Positions 24,201 to 36,725 of a stretch of 64,000 nucleotides of DNA are shown here, piece by piece. The stretch lies in NCBI RefSeq assembly GCF_021028975.2, contig NC_059430.1, positions 43,958,001-44,022,000 of the forward strand, given 5' to 3'. The stretch's first letter is position 1. Each line of letters starts with the position of its first letter. A program made the position numbers and the translations under genes. The notes beneath the pieces are model-generated. The model was given only the letters and a program-made list of their open reading frames with translations. It made no database searches and was not told the origin of the DNA. Source of the DNA: Sphaerodactylus townsendi. Its lineage: Eukaryota.

Positions 24201-27200
24201 CAGCTCTGCTGCAAATTAAGATTTCTAATGTTTGCAAATATTGAGCCAGTAACAGTACCATGGGGCTTTTGAGTGAGGATAAGGGTTTTTCGGGGACGGG
24301 GGGTATTAAGTTCTCCCCTCTCCACAGTCCCAATCAAAGTCAGGGTTGCTGCCATTTAAAAAGAAAAACTCTTGATTATATGCAGATAAAATACATAAAA
24401 TACAGGCAAGCAGAAACGAGGCAGGAGGCAGCAGGGAAGGGATCAACAGATGTGCTTTTGCATGGTCTGTGGCCCCCGGCAGCCACGAGGCTGCTTTCAT
24501 GAGAGTCTGCGAGCGGGCCCGGGGCTCCACCGGAGTCAAGTATTCCGGTGTGACCCGTCCCCCTGGCCTGAACAGAATGGGCCTCTCTTTTTTTTTTTAA
24601 GACTCAGTTTCCTGCAGCTGCTCTGTGGCTGTTGGGAATACAAGTTGTGTTTGGGAAATCCAGAACTAACTTTTTCAAAATAGTGACATTGAGTTTGGCC
24701 CTTAGATTCAATTAGTGGCATCTCCAATCCAAAACATCCACAGTAGCAGACTTTGGAGAGCTGTTGTCAATCAATTGACAATACTGAACAAGATAGACTA
24801 ATAAGTGGTCCGGCACAGCATAATGCAGCTTCGGATTTATAGCAATCAATAAAACAATCTTGTTATGAAATCACTAATAGCAGTACAGAAAGAGGAAAGG
24901 CATAAATAAAAGACAGAAAAAATGTATAGAAGATGACATGAAAAAATTTTCATTTGTGAAAAGCTTGCTTATCTGAATTCCCAGTTGTATTACATATCCT
25001 AGAACCATGTCAAGATACAAAAAATTAAATTCATAGCTGCACTGCACCAGCTTCACCATGTAAAAATGCTGTAAGACCTTGAAGCAAATTCATAGGCTGC
25101 TTACCCAGAACTCCTACTAAAGGAAGCCCCAAGTACATTTTCTGTAGGTAAAATTGTCTGAAAGAGACTGCCTTTTGGATAGAAAATGAAAAATCTTGAG
25201 CACTGGATCTTATTAGATGGCCCTGAACTACAGATTCTAAATACACCCTCCTAGAAGTAAATATTGAACTAAGAACAAGTCACACTATTACTGTGCCTAC
25301 ATGTAAGTTAGAAGACAAATACCTGGGATTCATGGTGCCTCCCTTCTCCGGCAAATCTCCAATCAGAATTTCCGCTCCTTTTATGCATGATTCACAACAG
25401 TCTCCTCTATTGGTGACCACCACAGCAGACACCTGAAACGCTGAAATCAAATCCACCATCCACCAGGGTTCAAATTCCTTCTTTGTCAGGGTGCAATCTC
25501 CATTTGCATAACTATTTGTCAGAGACCCATCTACAGCCTTATTGGACTCTCCTTTTGTTTCAAACGTGCTGGACTGAGAGGATATTTTTCCCACAGCTAT
25601 ATTAGGATCTGGGATAAGAGGGAGAGAATGCAATTTATGTAGAGGAAAAAGCAAAACACAAACAGCAGCCCAAGAAAGATACAAACTGCAAAATCAGACA
25701 ATAGGACAAAAACAGCTTCTGACAGTTGCTAGCTAGATGCTCCTGTCCATAGAGTAAGGCAAGATGGAACAATCTATCTTTTCTTTCTCTTCCCAGCATC
25801 TGGTGCTCCAAGGGTTATTGTTTCTGAATATGGAGGCTATAGATTCAGCAGTCAATGTTAATAGCCCCCTGCTCCATGGATTTTTTTCCATTTTATTATG
25901 TTTAACTTACTTATCTATAGCTCTCACTGAAACTCAAGACTGATTACAGAGGGAGAAAAGGATATAATCATACAGCACTGAAAAATGCAATGGCATTAGG
26001 AATACCAAAGAGACTGACAGTGTGAACAACACCAAGCCTACCAGATAAAATATCCAATGAACAATGCAGTAGGGCTAGGTATACAAAACTGAATGAGAAT
26101 GAGAACAGCAGATCGCCACTCTGGAGTTATCTATATCCTTTTCAAAAATCAATTTATGTTAGTGTCCCACTGGTTACCCTGATTCAAATTCCATGCATTG
26201 GTTACATGAAACCTTAGGAACATCTTCTCATCTATCCCAATCTGCTTTCAGAGTCATTAAATGGCTCAGACAGCCTTGTCCCAAAACCATCTGAAAGGCA
26301 GACTTACTGTATGCACCAACGTATGTGTGATTTGGCTTTCAGCAGGCATTCCAAAGGTGGGTTCACATGTCTGAAGCCACCACACACCCAGTGCACAGAG
26401 ACTCACATGCTTTGAGTCTCTGGAGATATGGTGGTATATAAATGTAATAAATAAATAAATAATCCCCCCCCCCATGGCTGGCACTAGCCAGAAAGAAAGT
26501 ATGATGACATCTCATTATACATGCATACACACACACACATACGCAAATGCCCAAGTGATATTGTTACCCTCTACTAGGGCAATGAACTCAATGTTTATTT
26601 CAATTATTCAGACCAGCAGCAACAAATCAGCGAGGTCAGCAGTAAAATTGAAGCCACAAAGTCTAAATTGAAAAAATAAAATAAAGTTTTAATGCGGTCG
26701 AACAGAGTTTCATTCAGTAGACAGTGAGGTCAGCAGCTGGGGGGTATACTGGCACTCAGGCTCAATGCACACTGACCACCAGGCAAGGTGCAAGGCCAAG
26801 CCTGGTCAGAGCGCCCTGAACACAGAAAAATACAGACTTCTTATAGTAATTTTAGAGATTACATTGTAGATTGAATTATACAATAACAATACAGGGTCAT
26901 CAAGGTCCATTAAGCTTCTTCCAAGACCTCCAGGTCTTATCTTTGGTGAGGAAACATCTCCAGAGAGTTGTCCTTGTGATAACGCAGATGTTTGCCTGCT
27001 GGTTCTTATGCATATTCACCTTGACAATCTGCCCTGTGTCTGGCTGTTAATGCTTTGTTTCGATACTTACAAATTTTGGGAGAGACTCTTAGTATAGCTA
27101 GGTGATAAAGTTATTCTTTAGTGATTTTTCCCAAACTAGGAGGAAATTACTTAGCAAATTCCGCCATCGGCTGTTGGCTTTTCCTGGTGTGTATGACAAT

Positions 27201-28300
27201 TACTCAGGGCTATGTCAAAATGCAAAAGGGGTTTCCCTGATTCATTAACTGTCTGCATCCTGTTTCTCTGGGTCCACCTTTAGCATAATCTAAGCTTTTG
27301 TTTCAGCAAGCTTGTGATTTAGACAATGGTTTCAGGGAGTAATGCATTTTACAGCAGGAAGGAAAACCTTTTACAGAAAACCTGAATAAAACCTAAATTT
27401 TACTAACACTATATGTCTATTAAAACTATATTGAAAACAAAATAATTATTATCTGTCCCTCTGGCTACAATATTTTTAATGACTTACTACTCTGGGCCAA
27501 AGGTATAAAGACAGGTGTAAGTTTAAATAAATCACCCATGCACCCGTTCAACTTTTACCTCCAACAGGAATTATGGAAGCATCTGCAATGGCAACATTGC
27601 CAGCACTGCCTGGAAAGGAAAACAGCAATTACAAACACATCAAGAACTCTAAAAATACCAAAAACCTAAAAACGGCAGAAAATGTCCAGTGTTCTCATGT
27701 AGCTTTAACATGATTAGACTTGTGGAAGTGATACAACTATATCTGATGCCGATTTATTTACCAAGAACAGTTTCCTCATCAGAATCCTTCTTGTGAAAAG
27801 TGTACCATTTTGAAACTTTGTAATGGCAGAATACTTGTATCCATTTTAGCCATATCACAACAGCAACAAATCAAGTTAAACCCCAGATAACAGCAACACT
27901 TAACTGGGTTGTGACTTGAGCAGTAAACAACCTTTTGCCCCAATCTTGGCTTAAATGGTTAGAACCGCTTTACAGCCCAATCCTGTTAAGGTTTTTTTTT
28001 CAGATGCAAATAATTCACCTTGATGCAAATGGGACTGGCTCCCAAAGTAGTTTTGCATAGGACAGCCCTTCACACAGGGATACAAGTAAATCTTTTTGGA
28101 TTGAGTTATATTCATATGACTGTTTTACTTTAAAAACTCAATAAAATGTTCATTATAAAAAGAGTTACCGGTATATTCATATTCACCAAACTACTTAAGA
28201 CCAAACTACTGAAACAAAGAACCTAACTATAATTGTACTTACGTCTATATGTTACAAACCAATGCAGAGTCACGGTAACAAGAATGAAGTTCGGGATCAT
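18245..28300 (-). CDS. pentraxin fusion protein-like (signal peptide + F-type/fucolectin domain + pentraxin domain), 399 aa; exons 28300-28243, 27609-27559, 25608-25323, 23140-22986, 19388-19341, 18846-18245
   Basis: Six exons (58+51+286+155+48+602 = 1200 nt) with GT/AG sites and matching phases give one open frame. N-terminus MIPNFILVTVTLHWFVTY is hydrophobic. F-type lectin motifs: NIAVGK..QSST, KAVDG, PWWMVDL, VTNRGDCC, LSLCEVQV. Pentraxin motifs: FTLCMRV, HLCVTWES, LGQDQ, FVGEIRDLYMWDYVL. Architecture as in Xenopus PXN1. Confidence 0.9.
20434..20534. mobile_element. hAT MITE, 101 bp
   Basis: 15-bp perfect TIR CAGTGGTGGGATTCA / TGAATCCCACCACTG; degenerate 8-bp TSD cccaaccg / cccacccc. Confidence 0.8.
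20746..20938. mobile_element. hAT MITE, 193 bp, related family
   Basis: TIR CAGAGGTGGGATCCAA / TTGGATCCCACCACTG; perfect 8-bp TSD aactatat. Confidence 0.88.
23280..23535. mobile_element. Penelope-like inverted terminal remnant (second family)
   Basis: Inverted arms (gatataagctctcaagagtcaaagctcc versus ttgactctctaaagcttataccc) with a decayed ctgaNNa...gaaa-like core. Confidence 0.5.
26562..27469 (-). mobile_element. solo LTR (ERV-like, 908 bp) in intron 2 of the pentraxin fusion gene
   Basis: TG...CA termini (tgttacc / ggctaca) and 4-bp TSD atat/atat. On minus, TATAAG at 26845-26840 is followed by ATTAAA (26693-26688) and AATAAA (26599-26594). Confidence 0.7.
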
Positions 28301-29347
28301 GCTTGGTATTTGCCCACTATTTGCGTTGTCCTACAGATCATTTAGCATTTTTGATGAGGCATCCAAGAAATTTTGTCTCCCTTACTCAGTCTCAGAGAAA
28401 CTCCTTGCTCCTTCTGCTCAAGCTGTTTTGTGAAACTTCAAAAGCCAAGGCGCCCACATACACCTTGCTGCCCACTGTAAGACAGCAGGGAGGGGGGGAG
28501 CAGTTCTTGGAAACTGCTTTTTATTTGGTAAGATAAAGATCTAATGGGTCTGCTGTGTAACTGATTTCACAAGATTAGTCAGAATACGCTAATGGCAGTA
28601 TGATTCCAAAAGACCATCTGTTTTACATATATCCATATCATACATCCAAAATAGGGAAAATCTACTGATAGACACACAGCTTCAACCTCCTAGGTAACTT
28701 ACTCTCTAACTTATTTCCACCAGCGCTCCAGCTGCTTCCTTCCAACCATCAGCCTGGCCAATTCATGTAGCAGATCCATTTTCTAGGCATCACTGTGCAG
28801 CTATTGGCATGTTTACATGTTACAGTGAGTGTACACACATCCTGCCTGTACATGCACAAATCTGTTTGTAAGAAAGAGCCAGCGTGCACTCACTTTATGA
28901 ATGAAACTGAGAACCAGGACCTGAATAAATATCAGGCTTGAATCACTTGTTCACCTGTAGATGCATGGAATGTAACATAAGAATTACTGAAAACAAATAC
29001 AAAGAACAATGTATACACTGTATATGGATTGCATGTGCATTCCCTGTAACCTGTGAACAGGTCTACTGTATATATACACACCACTATATATGTGTGAGCT
29101 AACTGCAGTCAAATTGGTACCGACTCATAGCGACTCTATGAATCAAACCATCCTATTGTTGTACAGGTCTTGAAGTGGCTGTGGCTTCCTTTATACCAAA
29201 AATCACATGACTACACTTGCCTACACATTTCCAGCTACTATCCCCAACACAATAAACAAACAATCCATTGTCTACAGTCAGTCCCTAACATACAACTACC
29301 TCTTTTCTTGCCCTTCAAATGCGGACAAAGACCTGTATGGTTTACAC

Positions 29348-29554
29348 CAGTGGTTCCCAAACTTATTTGGCCTACCGCACCCTTTCCAGAAAAAATATTA
29401 CTTAGCGCCCCCTGGAAATTAATTTTTTTTAACATTTTAATAGCAATTAAACAGAAAGAGATATGTATTAATGTTTCTACTGTGGCCATCACCGGCCCCC
29501 TGGATTGCTGCAGCACCCACCAGGGGGCAGTGGCAGCCACTTTGGGAATCACTG
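29348..29554. mobile_element. hAT MITE, 207 bp
   Basis: TIR CAGTGGTTCCCAAA / TTTGGGAATCACTG; perfect 8-bp TSD gtttacac. Confidence 0.88.
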
Positions 29555-30857
29555 GTTTACACCAAGCAGAGAAACAGAATATTGGCAGGTACCCAAGGAG
29601 TCACTATAGGACAGCTCTGGCCATCTGGCACAGACAGTGCCTCTGGTCATTACCTTCTATTCTCAACTAAAGCCTCTCCGTTGCTACATTTAACCTTTCA
29701 TCTCACAGAGTCTAAGAGAAAGTACTCTCCTAGTTTGCAAACGGACTTCAGTTTAAAGCAAAAACACCAATAACAATTAACTATCCAACTGAGATACCAA
29801 TGTAACAACTACGCAATTCTATCCTTTAGCTACTTGAGCAAGACTATCACAGAACCCAACAATATTTATTTATTTGATTTATATCCCGTTCAATCCCCGA
29901 AGGGCTCTACTACGACTAGCCATACCATTGATGCATTGTCTTTCATATCTTATTACACACCGTATGCTCTTGTGTGCCCTTCAGCCTGTAATAAAGAAAA
30001 AACCCCACAAATCAGACATTAAAAATGGAAATAAACATCAGCAGCATTTCAGTTTACTTTGAGTAGCAGATCTCGTGGCTGCTAAGAAGCCTACATGCAA
30101 CATAACTGGCAGGCAAACATGCCATTTTTCACCATCATGATCAGAGGTGAGCTGTGCCTCAGATCTCCTGGTCCCCCACCACCACCACCACCATCCCCCA
30201 ACTTGAGCAGCTGTTAGACAGCTTTATATCTGCATAGTAACCACTTTCATTGCTGTATGATCTGCCACCTTTTTGGTCATCTCCATGATAGCCAGAGTGG
30301 TGTCGTGGTTAAGAGTGTCAGACTCTAATCTGGATAAGTGACTGGGTCTTATGGCTCACTCCTCTACATGAAGCCTAGATGAACACTAAAAGAAAGATTT
30401 TTTTAAAGCAGCATTTATGACTGCTTTGCTCACGCTTTTTAAAAAAATGTGTGCAGCTATTAACAGGCATGGGGGAGGAAATATAATTTCCTTTTAGGCT
30501 TCGCAAAAATACATGTGAACAGGGGAAACTGCACCCAGGGCATTCCTGCATCCCTGCCTGCCCCCGCACAGGCACGCGCCTGGCACATCATGCCCCACCT
30601 TGCCTCCTTGGCACTACGCTATTGCACATGAAATATGCCACCATTCACATACCCGCCAAACACCAAATCCAGTCATGAACACCTGGAAAAAGGTTTCCTG
30701 ATTGTGACCAGAAAGTAGAAAATGAGCTTGCTAAAACAACCCTAAACAAAAACAGTTTAAGTGAGAAACTCCAGTTAAAAGTTGCTGGATTGGAATTCGT
30801 GTGCTTTGCCGTACTTGAACTTCAGCTCGATAGAGAATAAAAGAAACTCTCTCAAGG

Positions 30858-30950
30858 ATGTTGTGGGTTTTCCAGGTTGTATGGCTGTGTTCCAGTAGTA
30901 TTTTCTCCTGACGTTTTGCCTGCATCTGTGGCTGGCCTCTTCAGAGGATG
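30858..30950 (-). mobile_element. Penelope-like terminal remnant with a degenerate minimal hammerhead motif
   Basis: Minus strand reads tcct-CTGAAGA-ggcc...ggc-AAAA-cgTC-agga. Confidence 0.55.
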
Positions 30951-33585
30951 TGGTAGCAGACTTGCATAAACTGTCCCTCTTTAGAGGTTGTTCAGTTTGT
31001 ATTACCAGTTCACCATCAGCAGGGAGTCGTCCATTCCCTCTCTGAACCATTGACTGGTTCAGGGTTTCACAGATCATCACTGCATCAGAAAAAGAAAAGC
31101 CTGAAAAGCATTGGTGATAGCTGACTTTTCTACATAATTCAGTCTAACAGACCTCCGCTTTGGTTCCCCCATGAGGGAGAAAGCAGGACATAAGGTTAAA
31201 AATTGAGCAAATGATCAGAATACTTGCAACATGGATGTGTATGGAGCAGCACTCACTAGCAGGGTATGTGTTTTCTGAAATAACCAGGGACAGAATATCA
31301 AAACTACATCCAAGCTGTCAGATAAAGATGGGTCCTATTCTCAGCTCCACCAGGTAAATGTCAGAGACCCAGACTTCTAAACTGGATCCAACCAGAGGGA
31401 AAGCAGCATCCACTTGGAAAACATCCATGGTATAAGGGGTTAAAAGTATTGGACTAAAAATATGGGAGAAATCCTAATATGGTTGAACCCTACTATGCCA
31501 TAAAAGCTTGATCTGAGACCATAGGAGAGTCATTCTCTGTAAGACTTACCTACCATACAGGGTTGTTAGGATAAAATGGAGGAAGGGATAACAAAATTGG
31601 AGTGGTTTGGTGTTTTAAATGGGGAGAAGAGAAAGTCATAAATCAGTTCTCAGCCTCCACACCCTACTTCTCTTCTACCTAGACCAAAGATCCCCAAAAT
31701 GGAGCCTGACAAAGTTTTCAAATGTTTGTGATGGTGCAATGCAGACAATGGCTTTATGTATAGTACCTAATCTGAGCAAATAGTGGTGTGATATGCTAAA
31801 GACACAGCAGACTTAATTCTAGCTTAACATAATTGGGCTGTATGGCTGAAATACTTAAATTCACATAAGAACTTTTATTGAAATCAGATTTTCCCCAATG
31901 TAAGTTTGACCATATCATCACTTCACCAAACTTTGTTCATTTTTCAAAATCATTTATATTACTATTGAAATGTTGTCAACCTTTCTCAGTGAACATATGA
32001 CCAAAGAATTCTCACCAGGCCTTCAGCACCAACTGCCAAGTTACAGTGAACACTGCAAGTTAAAAACGGCTCAGCTTGAGAGAAGTAGGGCTCATCGTGC
32101 ACAGGGATAGCCAGAAGCATTTTCCTTTTGTGTTATGTAACTGCAAAGTGAAGACAAATACTGTCAGCTTCTTAGCTAGCTCAGTGTTTACTATTTGTGT
32201 GAATGCAAGAAAATGTTTATAAACACTAATTTTAAAAAGCATCCTGCTAAACAGTGCTTCTATCTGAAATATTGAGCACCTGTTATCAAAGCTATACACA
32301 ACCTCACCCCAACATTCATTCTGAGAACATCTTGGTCGCAGCTTGTAACACAGGAAAAGATTAAATCAGACGGTTGTAAGAATTTCCATCTGGAGGCACA
32401 AAGAGTTCACGTGGCCTTTTTAAAACCAGCTGAGCTCCAGTCATTTATGTACATTAGTTCACATAGAAACACCTTCCCACCCCCTCTTTATAAACAAATG
32501 AACGCCCAAGCCACTGTAAAATTACAAGAGTTTGGATGTGCCCTTTGTTCCATGATCAAAGGTTGTAGCACAGCATTCTTTTATTTATGGAGTTACCTCA
32601 TACCACCAACAGCAGCAACAAAAATGGGTTATCAGTAAAGGTCAACTACTTGAAAAGTGCAAATGACATTTTCCTCAGCAGGAAATGTGAGTGACAATGC
32701 TCTACCCCCTCCCACACTTGTAAACCAGGTGGCTGGAAGCTCTGCTGTGACTCCAGTATAAACCTTCTAACAGCCAGCCGTTCCCTGCTACCCTATGGCT
32801 CCAGTGAAGGGAAACATGCAGTTGTCATCACACAGCCATCAGTTCCACTGTTCCCGTTTTCTTGTTAAACCGGGTTCGTCTCATCCAAGATGTGAACATT
32901 ACATGCAAATACGCACCGTCTCAACGTAGAATTCACAAAACCATGATGAACCTGATCGGGGTAACCTGCCTGAAAGACTTAACACATCTAAACAGAACTG
33001 TGAAAGTAGTATGTTGGAGACCGCAGTACCTAGCGAGGGAGGAAACATTGCGTACAGAATCCCCACCCAGCCCCATACAACCTAAGTGGGGAGGGGGCGA
33101 ATGCTTGAGTAGGGTTGCAGCCGTCTCACCCGCCGTGATAAATACTCGTGGACATTTTGACATATATTACTCAGACAATCAGTCCGGCAATACTACGGCA
33201 GCCTTCTCAACTTCACCCCCGCATATAGAAACCCTTGTCGCGTAACCTCCGTATGAAAAACAGAACCAAACAAAAGCGCGGGCTTCCGCGTTGAAACGGC
33301 TTGAGCAACTCCACCAATCAGAAGCTCCTCTCCGCTCGTGATTTAATGCTAGTGGCTAGAAGAGTAACGGATTATTCCTATTGGCCAAGAAGCCAAACAC
33401 TTTTACACGCCGCGGCTTCCAATGGTTACCCGTTGTAGTCAGCACAGTATTACCTGCAAGTTTAGAACGCATATAACTTAACATGTTCGTAGTTAAAAAT
33501 AATCCCACCCCGCCCCCAAAAGTTTGAAATAAATGAAGACACAGCAAATGCCCGAGCGAGCGCTCTTTCCCGGTGAACATGGAGT

Positions 33586-33601
33586 GGCTCTTAAAAGAGC
33601 C
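33586..33601 (-). terminator. histone 3' stem-loop (H3)
   Basis: Minus GGCTCTTTTAAGAGCC preceded by an AC-rich leader and followed by purine-rich GGGAAAGAG (U7/HDE site). Confidence 0.95.
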
Positions 33602-33640
33602 GTTGGGTTTTTGATTTGGCGGTTTGGCGCGGAAGAATTC

Positions 33641-34232
<592 letters not shown>

Positions 34233-35132
34233 TTAACTTGAATGACAGCGGCGCCCAGTTTTTTTAATCTCTCGTCTCTAAGCAAATGTTTTTAAAATGC
34301 TAAATATCCGCTTGTCTTCTTTACTTGCTTACATAAATTCCGTTACTTAAATTTTACTAGATGTAGCAAACACACTTCCCTGTGCAACGATTTCTCCTCC
34401 CCACATTAAAACCACTCTGGTAGAGAACATGCTGCAAACTGAGGAAAGGGAACGAGGCACCCTCTTTCTGTTTACATTTATGCACTGCTTCTATAAAATC
34501 TTTGACCTGAAAACCACGCTATTCTGCCGAAGGACGGGTGATGATTCTCTGGAAATAATTAAAAAAAACGGCTCATTCCGTTCCCTCCCGAAGTTTGGGT
34601 AGGGGTAAAATATTACAACTAAGTAGGTCATTAAGAATACAAAGCTTTTAATCATAGTGTAGTTGGTTATATGTGTCTTGTTTTGTAAGTCCTAGATTTT
34701 AAGTAAAAAGAGAATCCGGAATGACTGGCCACTAACCGACGAGCGCGCGAATTTCAAAATTCTAACGGACGTTCCGAGGAAGCAAAGGCTTCTTCCCGTG
34801 TTGTGCAATTGTGGCTGCAGAGCATGCGCCTATACAAGTGTAAGTAAACGCACTCTGAACCAGCTTATATGGCTCATAAAGCTCAATGACTGTACTCTCA
34901 CTGCGAACCCGTTTTTTAGGAAAATATTTGATTTCGTATTGACTTTGAGAACACCCCCTATTGTACTGAAATCGTTATGCTGTCGTTCTAAAAACGGCTT
35001 CCTGGAAGTAAGCCCTGTAAGATATACCCACTTAGTGAAGCAGCATATTGTATGATTGGCTTTACCTGAGTTATTACCTAAAAAAACGAGCGTTTCTGCA
35101 GTGACAAATTCTCTTTCATTGAAGGGGTAGGT

Positions 35133-35148
35133 GGCTCTTAAAAGAGCC
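35133..35148 (-). terminator. histone 3' stem-loop (H2B)
   Basis: Minus GGCTCTTTTAAGAGCC followed by HDE-like AATGAAAGAGAA. Confidence 0.95.
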
Positions 35149-35175
35149 GTTTGGGCTAGACTCAAAAGCGGCGGT

Positions 35176-35577
<402 letters not shown>

Positions 35578-35603
35578 CTAGCGACAGTCGAGGTGCAACT
35601 TCC

Positions 35604-35806
35604 TTTTATATGGACGTTATGCAAATCAGAGGCTTCTAGCCCTCTCTTTTTATTGGATAAGGCATAGCGTTAGTTATAAACCTATCAATTATCGTCTCTG
35701 ATTGGACAACTTGATATCTAATGCCGATTGGTTGAGAGGCTGTCTCTATTTCAGCCAATCACAAGTTGTATTGACTCCTACGACAAATGAAGGGCTGGTA
35801 AATAAA
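35604..35806. promoter_or_regulatory. H2A/H2B-type bidirectional promoter
   Basis: Minus side: TATA about 35604-35611, octamer ATTTGCAT (35626-35619), CCAAT at about 35652, 35701 and 35727. Plus side: CCAAT 35755-35759 and TATA-like taaataaa at about 35798-35806. Confidence 0.75.
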
Positions 35807-36653
35807 CACCGCGTAAAACAATGTTCATTCACAAAATCATTTTTACTAATTATTTCGACAGCCGCTTCGCAAATCGCACTTTCTCTTCACTCGGTCGTAA
35901 AAATAATTTCTGAGTTAAATCGGGACTACGGTAAACATGCTTTAAGTATGATAAATTACTACACACAATAAGAGTTCTTTATTGACAATATATGATCATG
36001 TGAACACATTCCCGCCGAAAAAGTATCTTGTTCCTTCTGACAGCGGCTGTCAACGTGCATTAATACTAGAAATAGATTCGGATACTATACTCGAAAGTTT
36101 TTCTCATATAAAAGAAACCCAATCCTACACACGCTTCCCCCCCCCCCCCCTTGAGTCCCGCTTAGCTCAGTGAGCGTTGAAATAGTAAATATTCCCCAAC
36201 CCCAAACAGGACAGGAGGGAAACACATAGCGCTCATGTGCCACCTGTCCGGGAGAATGCTGAGGTCCGATTATATTCAAATAGTTCACTGCGCGAAAAAA
36301 AAGCTCTTGACAGGTCATGCTTTAAGGGGAGGTACGTAGTACTTGACATTCCCTCCACCCCCACCCCGCTTATTCACTTCATGTTCTCTCGCCGAAGTTT
36401 AAATTACTCCCCCTCCCAAAAACATTAATCATAATTCACCATACGAACTGCTGTGATCTGGGGCTCCCCTCCCGCTTCTCCTTGTACTTTCGTGGCAAAG
36501 TACATCCCTCCCCTCCCCCGCCGTGAAATTCAGTCTATGAGAAGCTAACCTAAGTAGGCTCGATGGCAGGCAGGTGAAGGAAGGGCGACTCCAAGAGGAG
36601 GGATTGCCTCCTTCGGCCAAGTGGCGGCCAGCTCTTTTTTGGACCGAGTGGGT

Positions 36654-36669
36654 GGCTCTTAAAAGAGCC
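36654..36669 (-). terminator. histone 3' stem-loop (H1)
   Basis: Minus GGCTCTTTTAAGAGCC followed by ACCCA and downstream AAAAGAGCTG (HDE). Confidence 0.95.
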
Positions 36670-36725
36670 TTTGGGTTTTTGAAAGACAGACGGACTGGTA
36701 AATGGTGGGGGGGAGGTCTCATCGT

